A DNA stretch of 64,000 bases, from assembly GCF_006345805.1 (NCBI RefSeq), contig NC_043021.1, positions 21,948,001 to 22,012,000 of the forward strand, read 5' to 3'. The translations under genes and the position numbers were made by a program. This DNA is from Octopus sinensis. Taxonomy: Eukaryota. Under the pieces are notes generated by a model, which was not told where the DNA came from, did no database searches, and was given only the letters and a program-made list of their open reading frames with translations. How positions within the stretch are numbered: the stretch's first letter is position 1; each line of letters begins with the position of its first letter. Of the stretch, positions 63,865 to 64,000 are shown piece by piece.

Positions 63865-64000
63865 GAAATAAGATTAAGATTAATGTAAAAAATAAATATC
63901 ACTGAAGCAAAATAACACCAAATATATAGTGCGTGTGTTTTTATTGGCTAAACTGGCAATATGACCATTCCGAAATATAACAATATCTGTTTCAACACAC

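Larger units (their letters stand above)
59530..63985. mobile_element. Rearranged Penelope-like retroelement with inverted 3' arms
   Basis: Left arm ~59530-61147(-) and right arm 62401-~63985(+) are inverted copies; the central 61160-62378(+) is the RT N-terminal part. Confidence 0.9.

Overview
AT-rich, microsatellite-saturated eukaryotic DNA, most likely an octopus (cephalopod) intronic or intergenic region. The organism is inferred from my recognition of the SINE/LINE families and was not checked against a database. No host protein-coding gene can be supported, and nearly all ORFs in the track are read-throughs of simple repeats. Recognisable content: (1) a near full-length, frameshifted RTE-clade LINE (~24620-29007) with a PHD-type C4HC3 finger inserted in its RT, plus about a dozen short copies of its 3' tail; (2) a rearranged Penelope-like element (PLE, ~59530-63985) whose RT-GIY-YIG ORF is split over two strands but rejoins in frame at a TAGACA microhomology; (3) a decayed DD37D maT/mariner with TIRs; (4) a perfectly bounded non-autonomous Helitron, a Helentron/HINE-like element and a hAT MITE with an 8-bp TSD; (5) CR1, R4/Dong-like, RTE and older PLE fragments; (6) several tRNA-derived SINE families; (7) a 1.65-kb tandem duplication. 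The most interesting signal is a set of type-I minimal hammerhead ribozyme folds in five unrelated repeat families. One sits in the PLE pseudo-LTR and four are in short non-coding elements, two of them fold-backs. They have palindromic or very short stem III, an extra purine at the base of stem II, and several non-canonical cores (U6, C9, U3-A8). Also noted: a degenerate HDV-like ribozyme fold and a candidate recursive-splice (AG/GTGAGT) site. All RNA folds were made by eye and none is demonstrated to be active. Coordinates of decayed elements are approximate.
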